Source: a virus (lineage: Duplodnaviria > Caudoviricetes). From it: 64,000 bases of DNA. This document shows, piece after piece, positions 46,691-57,326 of this stretch (position 1 is the first letter of the stretch; every line of letters starts with the position of its first letter). The stretch spans positions 95,305 through 159,304 of the IMG/VR virus record IMGVR_UViG_3300028797_000101, one strand, 5' to 3'. The notes beneath the pieces were generated by a model. That model did no database searches, had not been told where the DNA came from, and saw nothing but the letters and a program-made list of their open reading frames with translations. A program made the translations under genes and the position numbers.

Positions 46691-47212
46691 ATGACTGACA
46701 TTAAAACCGTTGATGGCGTCCTTAGTGCTTCTGATCCGCTCACAGCTAAACAACGAGAGGACGTCGCTAAGATGCGTGCGTCCTTATTGTTATGTACTGG
46801 ATCAGATTCGTCTGTTGCACAAACAGCAATGAAAAACATAACAGTGCTTCGTGTCTATCATCAGATAGCTAGAATCATCAAGTATCTGGACATGATGGAC
46901 AAAATTGAAGCAAAGTTATATGATGCAATCGATTATCGTCTAGAGAACTTAGACGTGTTTGATGATGAAGCACTAGGAACGCTATTGTCCATACAAAGAC
47001 GATTGCAAGAGTCTATGATAGAGAGTCATAAACTTCTTCAGCCATACCTGAACATAGAAGAATTCAAGATTGTTGACTCTATAAGTGCTGAAGCTACTCA
47101 GCCCTCTGGTGCATCTGTTCTGAGCAGATCTTCTAGAGATAAGTTAAGATCTAGCGCGCAGCAAGTTTTACATGTTTTAAGTAAACCCGAGGAGATTTCA
47201 GAAACAGGATGA
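46691..47212 (+). CDS. putative terminase small subunit (positional)
   Basis: Helical ~170 aa, overlaps the terminase large subunit start. Confidence 0.45.
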   Translation: MTDIKTVDGVLSASDPLTAKQREDVAKMRASLLLCTGSDSSVAQTAMKNITVLRVYHQIARIIKYLDMMDKIEAKLYDAIDYRLENLDVFDDEALGTLLSIQRRLQESMIESHKLLQPYLNIEEFKIVDSISAEATQPSGASVLSRSSRDKLRSSAQQVLHVLSKPEEISETG

Positions 47213-49542
47213 GTTCAGAACTTCTAGATGAAAACATCATAGAGCGAATTCAGAAGATATACAATGACTGCACAAAAGAAGAGCAGGCAATATTGTATCA
47301 GATTGTGGAAGAGTATGCAGATTTCGGCTATTCTACTACATACGATAATGTCTGGCTTGCAGATTACAAAGAGATACCTGTTGACAAAACAACATTCTTG
47401 ACAGATAACTACTTCCTCGGGTTGACAAATAATCAAGGAAAATCTATCTATCCTATATGGATGAAAACAATGCAGGATCTAGAATCTGCAGGTAACCAAT
47501 ACTACGAAATAGTTTTAACAGGAGCTACTCGTACAGGTAAAACAAGTACCGCAGTATCTGATGCAGCATATCAGCTATACAGATTGATGTGTTTACGGAA
47601 CCCTCAAGAATATTTCAGTCTGAAAGATGTAACAACCATCTCTATATTCTTCTTCAATCTTACCGCTACACTCGCTAGAGGTGTTGCCTTCAAAGAGTTC
47701 AACAGCACATTAGCTGCAAGTCCTTGGTTCATGGAACATGGGCACATGACAAAGAGTGAAGCAAATCCTACATATGTTCCAGAAGGTGGATTGATTGAAG
47801 TATCTTACGGATCTGATGCTTCACATGCATTAGGAAAAGCAACATTCTGCCTAGTAGGTACAACTGAGATTCTAACAGATCAAGGTGTGCGTAGTTTAGC
47901 TGAACTCGCTGATTCTAAAGCTAATGTAGCTCAAGTAGATCCGAATGGTGAAGTTGTATATTCAGATGCACTTGTAGCTTGTACCGGATTAGCTGATAAG
48001 ACGATTCGAGTTGAGCTGGAAGACGGATCAGTATTTGAAGGTACAGCAGATCATAAAGTTATGCTAGCTGACAGCACATACACGTGTTTAAGTGATTTGC
48101 AAGAAGGCGATGACATCTTCAACCTTGAAGCTCGAGAGTTGAAAGTTTCTAAAATTGCTACAATTGAGTACAATACACCGATTCTTGTATATGATGTCAT
48201 AGACGCGAAACCTAATCACAATTTCATTGTATGCACAGAGCATTCTAACATAGTTGCGCATAATTGCGTAGTTTTCGACGAGGTAAACTTCGCACAAGCT
48301 GGAATAAAAGACGTAGCAAAATCCAAGAAGCGAATGAAGGAGAAGTACGACACTCTTGTAGCTCGTGTAACTGGTACATTTGTCAAGCATGGTGAGGTGT
48401 TTGGTAAGCTATACGTCATAAGTTCTAAGAGATCTGATTCAGATTTCATGGAAGAATACGTAGAGACTCAGAAGGCTGCAGGCAATAAACACATGTTCGT
48501 GTTCGACAGACCTCAGTGGGAGGTTTGGCCTGCGTCTAAATATTCATCTGATGAAAAATTCTGGATAGCTGTAGGCGATAAACACGCAAAAGGTTTTGTA
48601 GTTCCTGATGAGGAGACGGAAGAAGGGCTGAATGAATTACGAAGTCAAGGATACAGACTCATTCAAGTTCCTGTGGATAATAAGGTCAGATTCTTATCTG
48701 ACTTCGACATCGCACTAAGAGACATAGCAGGAATTTCCGTACCCGGAACATTATCATTTATCTCACAAGATGTACTTGATTCTTGTATCGGAGTTAGAAA
48801 GAATCCGTTCTTCAATGAGATATTGTCAATAGGAACAAAGGATTCTTACACTATCGAAGAATTCTTCCATGCAGATGTAGTAGATTCTCGATTGAAACAC
48901 AGCCCGATGTTTATACATCTTGACTTGTCATTGACTACAGATAAAACAGGTATCTCAGGAGTGTGCATAAACGGCAGGAAAGATATAGAAGATCCTGACG
49001 GTAAGAAGATATCTCAACCTACCTTTGCTCATATATTCTCAGTAGACATACAGGCTCCTAGAGGTGACAAGATACCATATGCTAAGATAACTGCATTTTT
49101 ATGTTGGTTAAGACGACAAGGATTCAACATTGATCACATAAGTCGAGACCAGTTCCAAAGTGAGTACATGGCTCAGCTTCTAGAAGCACAAGGATTCAAA
49201 GTAGACAAGTTATCACTTGACCGAACACCAGATGGATACAACGGACTTAGATCTGTACTTTTAGAAGAAAGAATAGACATGCTTGATGTCCAGCAGTTAC
49301 AAAATGAACTCATTCGACTTCAAAGAGATAGCGTAACAGGTAAGATAGATCACCCTGAAGGTGGAGAAAAGGATATGTCCGACTCATTTGCAGGAGCTGT
49401 TTGGAACGCTATCGTAACAGAGCCAGGCGTACCGGTTCCTAGTAAATCAATTGCAGCTGCAATGGCTGCGGTAAACACACGAAAATCACCAACAACTCCT
49501 CTATTAGGAAGTATGATGGGTGATATATACATAAGGAGGTAA
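47209..49542 (+). CDS. terL: terminase large subunit with intein
   Basis: GATRTGKT Walker A, VVFDE Walker B, HLDLS..DKTG and KDMSD nuclease motifs. Confidence 0.9.
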   Translation: MSSELLDENIIERIQKIYNDCTKEEQAILYQIVEEYADFGYSTTYDNVWLADYKEIPVDKTTFLTDNYFLGLTNNQGKSIYPIWMKTMQDLESAGNQYYEIVLTGATRTGKTSTAVSDAAYQLYRLMCLRNPQEYFSLKDVTTISIFFFNLTATLARGVAFKEFNSTLAASPWFMEHGHMTKSEANPTYVPEGGLIEVSYGSDASHALGKATFCLVGTTEILTDQGVRSLAELADSKANVAQVDPNGEVVYSDALVACTGLADKTIRVELEDGSVFEGTADHKVMLADSTYTCLSDLQEGDDIFNLEARELKVSKIATIEYNTPILVYDVIDAKPNHNFIVCTEHSNIVAHNCVVFDEVNFAQAGIKDVAKSKKRMKEKYDTLVARVTGTFVKHGEVFGKLYVISSKRSDSDFMEEYVETQKAAGNKHMFVFDRPQWEVWPASKYSSDEKFWIAVGDKHAKGFVVPDEETEEGLNELRSQGYRLIQVPVDNKVRFLSDFDIALRDIAGISVPGTLSFISQDVLDSCIGVRKNPFFNEILSIGTKDSYTIEEFFHADVVDSRLKHSPMFIHLDLSLTTDKTGISGVCINGRKDIEDPDGKKISQPTFAHIFSVDIQAPRGDKIPYAKITAFLCWLRRQGFNIDHISRDQFQSEYMAQLLEAQGFKVDKLSLDRTPDGYNGLRSVLLEERIDMLDVQQLQNELIRLQRDSVTGKIDHPEGGEKDMSDSFAGAVWNAIVTEPGVPVPSKSIAAAMAAVNTRKSPTTPLLGSMMGDIYIRR
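47848..48264 (+). mobile_element. mini-intein (139 aa, no endonuclease)
   Basis: Starts CLVGTTEI, has TADH block B, VYDV...HNF..., ends AHN followed by Cys. Confidence 0.9.
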
Positions 49543-49547
49543 AATAA

Positions 49548-51110
49548 ATGTTTGTCAGAAACTTTCTAACAGCAGGTGATTTTGTCACGCTACTACCGTT
49601 TGGGCTTCTTGCTACTGTACAGTACAGCGATAAGGGCAAAATCGAAAAAGTATTCATAGGTGCAGATCATTCTGGTCAAGATGTAACAAAGGAACTGCTT
49701 CCTACAATACTTAAATCTAACTTGGTTCCTAGATCTATCATGATTCAGGGAGGAACATCATTTGTAACAGGTATATTACAGCTTAAAGATTTCACGCCCG
49801 TTTCCGGAAACATTCCGGATTGTTTGAATCCTAGTCTTGTTTCTGCGATATCTACATCAACTAAGGACGTGAAGTTCTATGCAGGATCTGTATCTAGTTT
49901 AGCTGCAATTTATCGTGGTGCTGTGAATGTGAGAAGATGGCTTACCGGAAACAAATTTGAGCTGTTACCTGGCTATCCTGTACCTGCAAACTTGACAGAG
50001 GAATTGTTCACCAACATGGTGAAACAGTCTAGTCCTCAGTTCAGCCTTCCTGAAGTGTTCGGATATCTCGTGTTCCATCAGGGTACAGCTCAATATCATT
50101 CTTTAGGGTTCAAACTTGTTCAGGTGATAGAGGAGCCTGTTCACTTCACAAATGGTTTAGGTCAGATATGGTGTAATATACTTGTAGATGGTTCTAACAT
50201 TCCTAAGTTGACTGTACCTTTCGGTGTTTGCGCTAAATACAACATTCATGCTCAAGATTTCATACTGTTGGATGATCATGGAGAGATATTAAAAAGCTAT
50301 TCTGTTAAAAAGGATGCTTCTAGCTATCCATCTACTTTAGTGTGTGATGTATGCGGAAAAGTAATACCTGTTAACCTGGATGGTGTTACTAAGTGCACAA
50401 ATACGCATTGTGGATCTAATCTGTATACGGCTACAAATAGATTCCTTGAAAGATTAGGTGTTCCGGAGTCTATGAGTCATGAGAGGTACAAAGCTCTTGT
50501 GAAGAAGACTGGAAAGCTTTACACAATTCTGGATGTGTTAGATGAGCCTGAATACAAAGACAGAACATTTGATGTCACACTTAACAATCTTCTGATAGGC
50601 GTGCTTCCGTACACCATTCCAATTACACTCATCAACAGGTTCTGCGAATTCTGCAGCAACTCACCTGCATCTGTAGAATACTATCTGTCTTATCCTGATG
50701 TACTTACAAGAGAGTTCAGCGGATATGGTACGATCACTCAGTTGACTGATTGGGCATCCGATCCGGAGAACTTGAATATCTTACATCATGTTTTGTTGCA
50801 TACTAGAATTCACATCATCGCATCAACTAAAAAGTTTGAAGGCGCACCTACTTTGCGAAACTGGAGAATTCTTCTTACAGGGGAATTTGCGCATGGGCCG
50901 CAGCAAGAGATCCAGAGAATCTTGAGAAGTTATTCTGCGGAAATTGTTTACAAACCTGATGATGCAAATTGTCTTATCATTGGTGACGTAGGAGAGAATC
51001 TGAATGGTTTATTCATACATCAGATGAAGTCATCAAATAAGAAAGTCTTCAGAGAATTCGACTTTTTCAGGCTGTACGAAATCGACGATGACCTTCGTGC
51101 GAACCTTTAA
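49548..51110 (+). CDS. NAD-dependent DNA ligase-like protein, degenerate
   Basis: GLLATVQY..G.I; CDVCG...CTNTHC zinc finger; BRCT-like ILLTGEF...LIIGD; KxDG absent. Confidence 0.6.
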   Translation: MFVRNFLTAGDFVTLLPFGLLATVQYSDKGKIEKVFIGADHSGQDVTKELLPTILKSNLVPRSIMIQGGTSFVTGILQLKDFTPVSGNIPDCLNPSLVSAISTSTKDVKFYAGSVSSLAAIYRGAVNVRRWLTGNKFELLPGYPVPANLTEELFTNMVKQSSPQFSLPEVFGYLVFHQGTAQYHSLGFKLVQVIEEPVHFTNGLGQIWCNILVDGSNIPKLTVPFGVCAKYNIHAQDFILLDDHGEILKSYSVKKDASSYPSTLVCDVCGKVIPVNLDGVTKCTNTHCGSNLYTATNRFLERLGVPESMSHERYKALVKKTGKLYTILDVLDEPEYKDRTFDVTLNNLLIGVLPYTIPITLINRFCEFCSNSPASVEYYLSYPDVLTREFSGYGTITQLTDWASDPENLNILHHVLLHTRIHIIASTKKFEGAPTLRNWRILLTGEFAHGPQQEIQRILRSYSAEIVYKPDDANCLIIGDVGENLNGLFIHQMKSSNKKVFREFDFFRLYEIDDDLRANL

Positions 51111-51136
51111 TACTAACAGAGGAGGTGTAATTTCAC

Positions 51137-52645
51137 ATGGCCAATAGATGGATTGATAAGCTCATTCCAAAGAAGCATAAATATCAATCTTCTGCATCCT
51201 GGTTGCGTACTATCGTTACTGGAGCACTTTATAGAATGTCGGATGTTAGAACCGACACAGCTATTGCAGATATTAAGACACAGATTGACACTATGCGCGC
51301 ACTTGCAAGAGATTCTCAAATAAGCACCGCTTTATCTTACTACGCAACAGACGCAACTACGGTAAACACAGCAGGGCAGATCATTTGGGCTACTCCTAAG
51401 GAAGATAAATACAAAGATGTTGCGGACGTCATAAATAATCTGTTTGACAGATGGAATGTTAACTACTATGCTAGAGATCATATTCTTGAGCTAGCTACCA
51501 TCGGTAATCTTTACATTCCTACTTCCTATCTTTATAGAGAAGTTGCACATCTAACAGAGAAAGGTATCGTTCTCGACAACAATACAATTGTTGATTCTGA
51601 TTTCGATATCATACCTTCTTACAAGATTCCTCCCGAGGACATTGTGCATCTTTGGTACCAAGGAAAACCTCAAGGCTTCATCATGGATCCTCCAAAAGAT
51701 GTTACAGCTATACAACCCACACTTATTCTTCCTGAGCAAGCCTGCATTCATTTTTCGTTGGGCGGATTGCTTGGAGATTATACGCTTACAGCAAGAGACA
51801 GCGAAGGAAACGACCTTATCTACGACATTCAGTTTGCTGCACCTCTCATGGAACAAGCAGTTCAGCCTACACAGACCCTTAACTTGCTTGAAGATGCAGT
51901 AGTGTTATCCTCCTTGAACAGAGCCATCAAATTCATCAACGTAGAATGTGGTACAGATGAAGAGGAGATAAGAAGCACACTTCAGCAAATCAAAGATACG
52001 ATTGAGCAGCAGCTTTCACTCAACACAGCATCTGGAGATGTTCAATCCTTTGTAAATCCACAGAGCCCTAACAACTTGATCTACATTCCTAAGGTAGGTG
52101 GAAACGACGCAGTATCTGTAACAGATTTGAACATGGCAGAAGCTACAGAAGCTGACAATAAGCTGCTTCAGTATTATCAGGACAAGAAGCTTTCTGTTTT
52201 AGGCGTGCCTAAGGAAGCAATGAACTTCTCCTCCAATGAAGGTCTTGGTGGCGCTGGATCTGTACTCTCACAAAGATCTGCACTGTATGCAAACTCTTTA
52301 CAGCGTTTGGAAACTGCATACATGGCCGGATGGAGAGATGCTATCAACAAATATTTCATAGCACGTAACATGTCCGGGTTCATCGACAAATTCGATTTGC
52401 ACATGAATCCTATCATAACTATTCAGAGTACAGTACAGTTTGATAAGCGTGATGCAGCACTGAATCAGGCAACTGCTCTCGTGGCTATGCTTAAAGATCT
52501 TGGTGTAACTGATAAATCTTCCTACGTGAATGCACTTGTAGAGATCTTGTCTGAAGTATTCCCTCAGACGGGTGCTGCTGCAGCTGCTTGGAGTGTTGAT
52601 GTTGAAGATAAAGGCGAAGGAGGTAGCTTAGGCGATGAATTCTAG
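51137..52645 (+). CDS. portal protein
   Basis: 502 aa after terminase; DSQISTAL.YYA.D, LLEDAVV..L.R, YYQDK.L.VLGVPK. Confidence 0.75.
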   Translation: MANRWIDKLIPKKHKYQSSASWLRTIVTGALYRMSDVRTDTAIADIKTQIDTMRALARDSQISTALSYYATDATTVNTAGQIIWATPKEDKYKDVADVINNLFDRWNVNYYARDHILELATIGNLYIPTSYLYREVAHLTEKGIVLDNNTIVDSDFDIIPSYKIPPEDIVHLWYQGKPQGFIMDPPKDVTAIQPTLILPEQACIHFSLGGLLGDYTLTARDSEGNDLIYDIQFAAPLMEQAVQPTQTLNLLEDAVVLSSLNRAIKFINVECGTDEEEIRSTLQQIKDTIEQQLSLNTASGDVQSFVNPQSPNNLIYIPKVGGNDAVSVTDLNMAEATEADNKLLQYYQDKKLSVLGVPKEAMNFSSNEGLGGAGSVLSQRSALYANSLQRLETAYMAGWRDAINKYFIARNMSGFIDKFDLHMNPIITIQSTVQFDKRDAALNQATALVAMLKDLGVTDKSSYVNALVEILSEVFPQTGAAAAAWSVDVEDKGEGGSLGDEF

Positions 52646-52690
52646 TTTACAATTTTCGCATAGCAGCTATTCAACGGGAGGTGATCAGAG

Positions 52691-53047
52691 ATGATGTCTA
52701 GTTTAGAGCTTACTCAAATGTTTTTCAAAGACTTACGGTCTTATAACAGTACTAACTTCCGCACCATAGAGAAGGCGGACTTATCTTCTGATAACCCTAC
52801 AGTACACAAAGCTTTTTCTAGCGTAGTTACTCGTTATTTTATCTTTTCAGAAAGACATCCGGAAATATCCGATAGCGATCGTCGTATCCTGTATTTCAAG
52901 CTGAAGATTGATATGATCGCTAGATATTTCAGTGAGTATCCGGATGTGGATATAGAACTCCTTAAACCTTTTCAAATCGAGCTTCGTCAACATGTAAAGG
53001 ATATGAAGGGAGGAAAAGTAGATGACACAAATGCCACTGCGGTATGA
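52691..53047 (+). CDS. hypothetical protein
   Basis: GGAGGTG RBS. Confidence 0.65.
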   Translation: MMSSLELTQMFFKDLRSYNSTNFRTIEKADLSSDNPTVHKAFSSVVTRYFIFSERHPEISDSDRRILYFKLKIDMIARYFSEYPDVDIELLKPFQIELRQHVKDMKGGKVDDTNATAV

Positions 53048-53645
53048 GATAAGTGATTGGAATCAAGCTTCTAAATGCTTGTCCAACACAAGTAGACATC
53101 TTCACATACATGTTTCTTCATTCATTCAGAACCCTATCTTAACCGGAACAAGGATAAAAGTAGTTCATGATACCTACGGAGATCTATTTACGTGTGTTGT
53201 GAATGGACGAGGCGAGTTGGTTGATACAGATCCTAAGTACGAGTTATCTACAGACGAAATATTGGCTCAGCTCGCTAAATATGGATTCTACATCAAGTAT
53301 GCAGATGAACATAGAATTTCTAACAAACAGCTGGATTATTTAGTAACACTCAATCAGCTTCACTTCGATAAGCTTCGTGTTCTGAATGTGTCTAAATCAA
53401 ATAAATCCGGTATCCAGGAATTCAAACATCACATTGTTGCATTTCAATCTGCAAACAAAGCAAGCTGGTTGAACAATGATTATTCTCCTAGCTACACCGA
53501 ATTTACAGATGCTCTTGCAGATGGATCCGCTATGAATCTTGACGGAATTACAGAAACTTATAGATTTGTCTGGGATTGGCTTACATATGTAGCTAACATA
53601 CCCGATATATTGGAAGATTGTTCGGAGGTAGGAAAATGGCCGTAA
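53022..53645 (+). CDS. hypothetical protein
   Basis: GGAGG RBS, 207 aa. Confidence 0.65.
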   Translation: MTQMPLRYEISDWNQASKCLSNTSRHLHIHVSSFIQNPILTGTRIKVVHDTYGDLFTCVVNGRGELVDTDPKYELSTDEILAQLAKYGFYIKYADEHRISNKQLDYLVTLNQLHFDKLRVLNVSKSNKSGIQEFKHHIVAFQSANKASWLNNDYSPSYTEFTDALADGSAMNLDGITETYRFVWDWLTYVANIPDILEDCSEVGKWP

Positions 53646-54175
53646 ACTTAATTGGTGAAGACATAAAGTTAGTTCGGGCCAGATACGATGAAGCGTTGCA
53701 GATGAGAGGAATCCCTGTTAAGTATCAGTATCCAAACAAAGCCGAAACAAACGCTCAAGGCGAGTCAGTTGTCGATAGCTACTCTGAGTACCTAGATACA
53801 TACATCTTCTTTGATGGTAATGCAAAAGCAAAAACTTTCAAGAGGTACGGTTGGGTGGTAGAGAACAATGAAAATCTCCCCTTCCTAATTCACTGCAGTT
53901 TCAATCTTCCTCATGTACAAAGAGATGCTGTTTTCACCATACACGGTCAGTATAGTGAGCTACCTGATAGAGTATTTCGAGTAACAGAAATAACATATGA
54001 CCTGCAAGCTCCTGATCACATTGTTTGTATGGTTGTACCTGTTTACGAAAAGCAGACGGTAGGAAAAACAGATCAAGAAATTGCAGCAAAATTCAACAAA
54101 TCCAACTACTTCTTGCAGCAACGAACAGACTATCGAGGCAATCCTCATGTTACGAAGGAGGATATACAGCCATGA
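53636..54175 (+). CDS. putative neck/head-closure protein
   Basis: Position between portal and sheath; EAL.MRGIPV.Y, GW, FRVTEI. Confidence 0.5.
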   Translation: MAVNLIGEDIKLVRARYDEALQMRGIPVKYQYPNKAETNAQGESVVDSYSEYLDTYIFFDGNAKAKTFKRYGWVVENNENLPFLIHCSFNLPHVQRDAVFTIHGQYSELPDRVFRVTEITYDLQAPDHIVCMVVPVYEKQTVGKTDQEIAAKFNKSNYFLQQRTDYRGNPHVTKEDIQP

Positions 54176-54783
54176 TTTATTTGTACGACAACGCGATTGT
54201 TAAAGACCTAGAAGATTCATTCAATCCAAATCACGTAGAGAATCCTCTTGTTAGGGTCATAGATCCAGAAATGGCTATTGGATTAGCGGCGCAGCTTCAA
54301 AATGATGAAATCAAGTTTCCTATTATTGCTGTAACAAGAAGTCCAGAAGTATCTACAGATACAGATAGAATGAACTTCACTAGACTTCATAGAGGTTCTG
54401 TAGCAGTTGTAGATAACAAAACCAACAACTTGTATTATGAAAAAGCACTTCCTATTCAGCTCAGCTACGCACTAACAGTTATCACTACACGCGTAGCTGA
54501 CATGGATGAGATAATCAAGGAATTGCTTTTCAAATACACTTCAGAATACTTTATCACAATCACATTACCTTATGAATGTAGTAGAAAGATTCGTTTCGGA
54601 ATGGTGATAGATTCTAATGCACAGATTGAGACAAGATCTAGTGCAAAAGATTACTATGCTCAAGGAAAGCTGTATGAGACAGTGATTCCTATAAGATGTG
54701 ATGGGTGCGTATTAGTTTCTTACACGCCTGTTCAGCTTAGACGAACTACTTACGAAATCGCTATTGATCAGCAGAATACTTGA
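54172..54783 (+). CDS. putative tail terminator/sheath stabiliser
   Basis: IKFPIIAVTR, LPIQLSYALTVIT...DMDEIIKEL; position. Confidence 0.55.
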   Translation: MIYLYDNAIVKDLEDSFNPNHVENPLVRVIDPEMAIGLAAQLQNDEIKFPIIAVTRSPEVSTDTDRMNFTRLHRGSVAVVDNKTNNLYYEKALPIQLSYALTVITTRVADMDEIIKELLFKYTSEYFITITLPYECSRKIRFGMVIDSNAQIETRSSAKDYYAQGKLYETVIPIRCDGCVLVSYTPVQLRRTTYEIAIDQQNT

Positions 54784-54820
54784 GGCTGAACCTTATATAA
54801 TTCAGAAGGAGAAGACAACT

Positions 54821-55075
54821 ATGATATACTACAAAAACACGTCATGTATCACAAAAACTTTTTACGGCGTAAAATTTTGTCCTGGTGAAACAAAGGGTGT
54901 TCCTGGATTCATCAATGATTCAAAGTTTGTCAGAGTCGATGCTATTCCGCCACAACCTGTTGCGGTCCCTGTTGTAGCGAAACCTACAACACCTTCTAGA
55001 CCTGGTAAGCCTTCAAAATCAGAAAGTAAAATAAACAAGGAGGAAACTTTAGATGGCACAGATTGTGATCAATGA
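54821..55075 (+). CDS. small protein preceding tail sheath
   Basis: YKNTS..TKTFYGVKF.PGETK; Pro/Lys tail. Confidence 0.6.
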   Translation: MIYYKNTSCITKTFYGVKFCPGETKGVPGFINDSKFVRVDAIPPQPVAVPVVAKPTTPSRPGKPSKSESKINKEETLDGTDCDQ

Positions 55076-57227
55076 GATCTCACAAAACTACACGTATAAC
55101 ATCGGTAGTAATTCTTATGCTTGTGTTGCTCTTCCTATCACATCTTGTTGGGGCGATGGTTACTTCGACCCTGATGCAGAAGGAATAACTGCAGACGAGA
55201 TGTTGGAGCGCACAACATGGAGAAGATTTCCTGCTACTCAAGCAGGTCTCGAATCCTTTGTATCTACATTTAGAGGTCCTGCTGCTAACTACAGATTAGC
55301 AAAAGACAACTCTTATCAGATTGCAATGACACTTATCACTGCTGGATATGATGTCCTTGTATGCAGAGTTTGTCCAGGCACTAAAGCTCAAAACATGTTT
55401 AAGAAAGATGGTACTAGCGAGAGTAACGCAGTGATTGTAAAGGCGAAGTATCCCGGATCCTTCGGCAATGCTTTACAAATAGAGCTGAAGAAGCTCAGAT
55501 ATGTTGCTGCAGGAGCTCCTAAGTACTATTGGAACCTGATCACTTACATTGTTGATAGCACCGGTATCAAGACCGCAGTAGAAAACAAAACTTTTGTATT
55601 CGAGCTCAACAATTCCACAGACAACATCCTCCACTGGAGCGAAGTTGAATCTGATTTCATCACCTTATCTGTAGTAGGAACTATTCTGGATGATGTTTCC
55701 ACCGTATTTAGTGCTACTGCAAGTGATACCAGCTGGGCAGTAGTACTGACCGGTGGTTCTGATAAGGCTGCAGATCCTGACAACGATCCTGTAGTTACGG
55801 ATATCACAGTAGTACCTTCGTCTACTGTTAAGTCTGCTCCTGGTTACAGAGCATATTCCGCTGATACAGATGCAGGCAAGACAAGATACAAGTACGAGAA
55901 TAGCACCTATACAATAGATGCTGAGGGCGCTTATGTTGTAAGTACTTTCCGCCTTGCAGCAACAGGAGATACTACTAAGTACGCTATCAACGCAACTACA
56001 AAAGCTTATGAAGTAGATGCTGAAGGTACTTATGCAGAGTATCCTGTAACGTCTCAGCTGCTCGACGATGCATATGAACTTGCGAAAGCAAGATACGTAG
56101 GCGCTAAGGTAGCAACAGAGGAAACCTTCGCATCATCTGCATATGGCGCAGCTTTAAGTTCGCTTGCAGGTTCCGAAGATGTAGCAAAGATGTCTACTGT
56201 GAAGTACATGGAGTGGGTTTACACAGCAGTAGCCGGTACATCTACTGCAGATGGTATCTACTCTCTGCTTAAGGATAGACTCACCTACAATCCTAACAGA
56301 CTCATCAGCCCTTGGGACGATCAGGACACCAACGGCTTAACAGAGGGAGAAGCTCCTGTAGCTATCACAGCACTTTCTCCTTTACATGTAGTACTCATGG
56401 ATACTGCTTACGGAAGCAGATGTGCAACAGCTTACATCGACATTCCTAAGAGTGTTCCTAGAAGCGATGTTTGGGACGACAGTGTATCTGATCCTGGATA
56501 TGCTCAGAAGCTCGCAAGATACTTACCTTCTACAAGCGCCGCAGATGTAAACAGCGTTCTCTTCTCTTCACATTCTGCATTGTTTGCACCTTGGGGCCAG
56601 TATCAGTATGTAGGAACTTCTAGACAGACTGATGCATCTCCTGCGTTCCAGGCACTTATGATTCAGAGAGCACAGATCCTCAATCAAGCTCTTCAGTACG
56701 AGTGGGCGCTTCCTACCAACAGAAAGCACAACTTGAAGCTCGGAAAGCTTGCATACAATGTTCCGAAGAAGCTCTTGGATAAGTGGCAGACACTTGAAGG
56801 TGTAGGCGTAAACGTAATCACAGCTATTCCGGATCTCGGAACAAACATCTGGGGTAACTCGACATTGTTTGAAGTACCTCCTGCAACCTACCAAGCACTC
56901 GCCAACATGTCCACAAGATTCCTCGTGAACGCAGTAGAAGACGTAGCTTACAGAGTAGGTATCTCTATCACATTCCAGTACAACAACGACCAGGCCTACA
57001 ACAAGTTCTACGCAGGCGTAACTCCTATCCTTGACACGATGAAGAACGTAGGTGCTATCGAAGATTACTACGTGACGATGTCGGCAGATATTTCCGGCCT
57101 GGATCAGGTTAACGCCAATACAGTAATAGGAAAGATATACCTAGTAGTTAACGGGGTGGTTAACGATATCTACATCGACCTCGTTGCCCTTCCTGCATCG
57201 GTATCTCTTGATCAGTTCCGCAGCTAA
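55053..57227 (+). CDS. tail sheath protein
   Basis: AKYPGSFGN, FAPW, VNVI...IWGNSTL, STRFLVN, FQYN, GAIEDYYV. Confidence 0.88.
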   Translation: MAQIVINEISQNYTYNIGSNSYACVALPITSCWGDGYFDPDAEGITADEMLERTTWRRFPATQAGLESFVSTFRGPAANYRLAKDNSYQIAMTLITAGYDVLVCRVCPGTKAQNMFKKDGTSESNAVIVKAKYPGSFGNALQIELKKLRYVAAGAPKYYWNLITYIVDSTGIKTAVENKTFVFELNNSTDNILHWSEVESDFITLSVVGTILDDVSTVFSATASDTSWAVVLTGGSDKAADPDNDPVVTDITVVPSSTVKSAPGYRAYSADTDAGKTRYKYENSTYTIDAEGAYVVSTFRLAATGDTTKYAINATTKAYEVDAEGTYAEYPVTSQLLDDAYELAKARYVGAKVATEETFASSAYGAALSSLAGSEDVAKMSTVKYMEWVYTAVAGTSTADGIYSLLKDRLTYNPNRLISPWDDQDTNGLTEGEAPVAITALSPLHVVLMDTAYGSRCATAYIDIPKSVPRSDVWDDSVSDPGYAQKLARYLPSTSAADVNSVLFSSHSALFAPWGQYQYVGTSRQTDASPAFQALMIQRAQILNQALQYEWALPTNRKHNLKLGKLAYNVPKKLLDKWQTLEGVGVNVITAIPDLGTNIWGNSTLFEVPPATYQALANMSTRFLVNAVEDVAYRVGISITFQYNNDQAYNKFYAGVTPILDTMKNVGAIEDYYVTMSADISGLDQVNANTVIGKIYLVVNGVVNDIYIDLVALPASVSLDQFRS

Positions 57228-57247
57228 ACTACCTCATCCACATAAAG

Positions 57248-57282
57248 TAACGTCTAGCAGATCCTTGCTAGGCGTTATTTTT
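57248..57282 (+). terminator. intrinsic terminator
   Basis: TAACGTCTAGCA-N6-TGCTAGGCGTTA-TTTTT. Confidence 0.75.
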
Positions 57283-57326
57283 ATGTCGATTCGTTATAGA
57301 TCTTAACTTACTCTGGAGGAATCACT

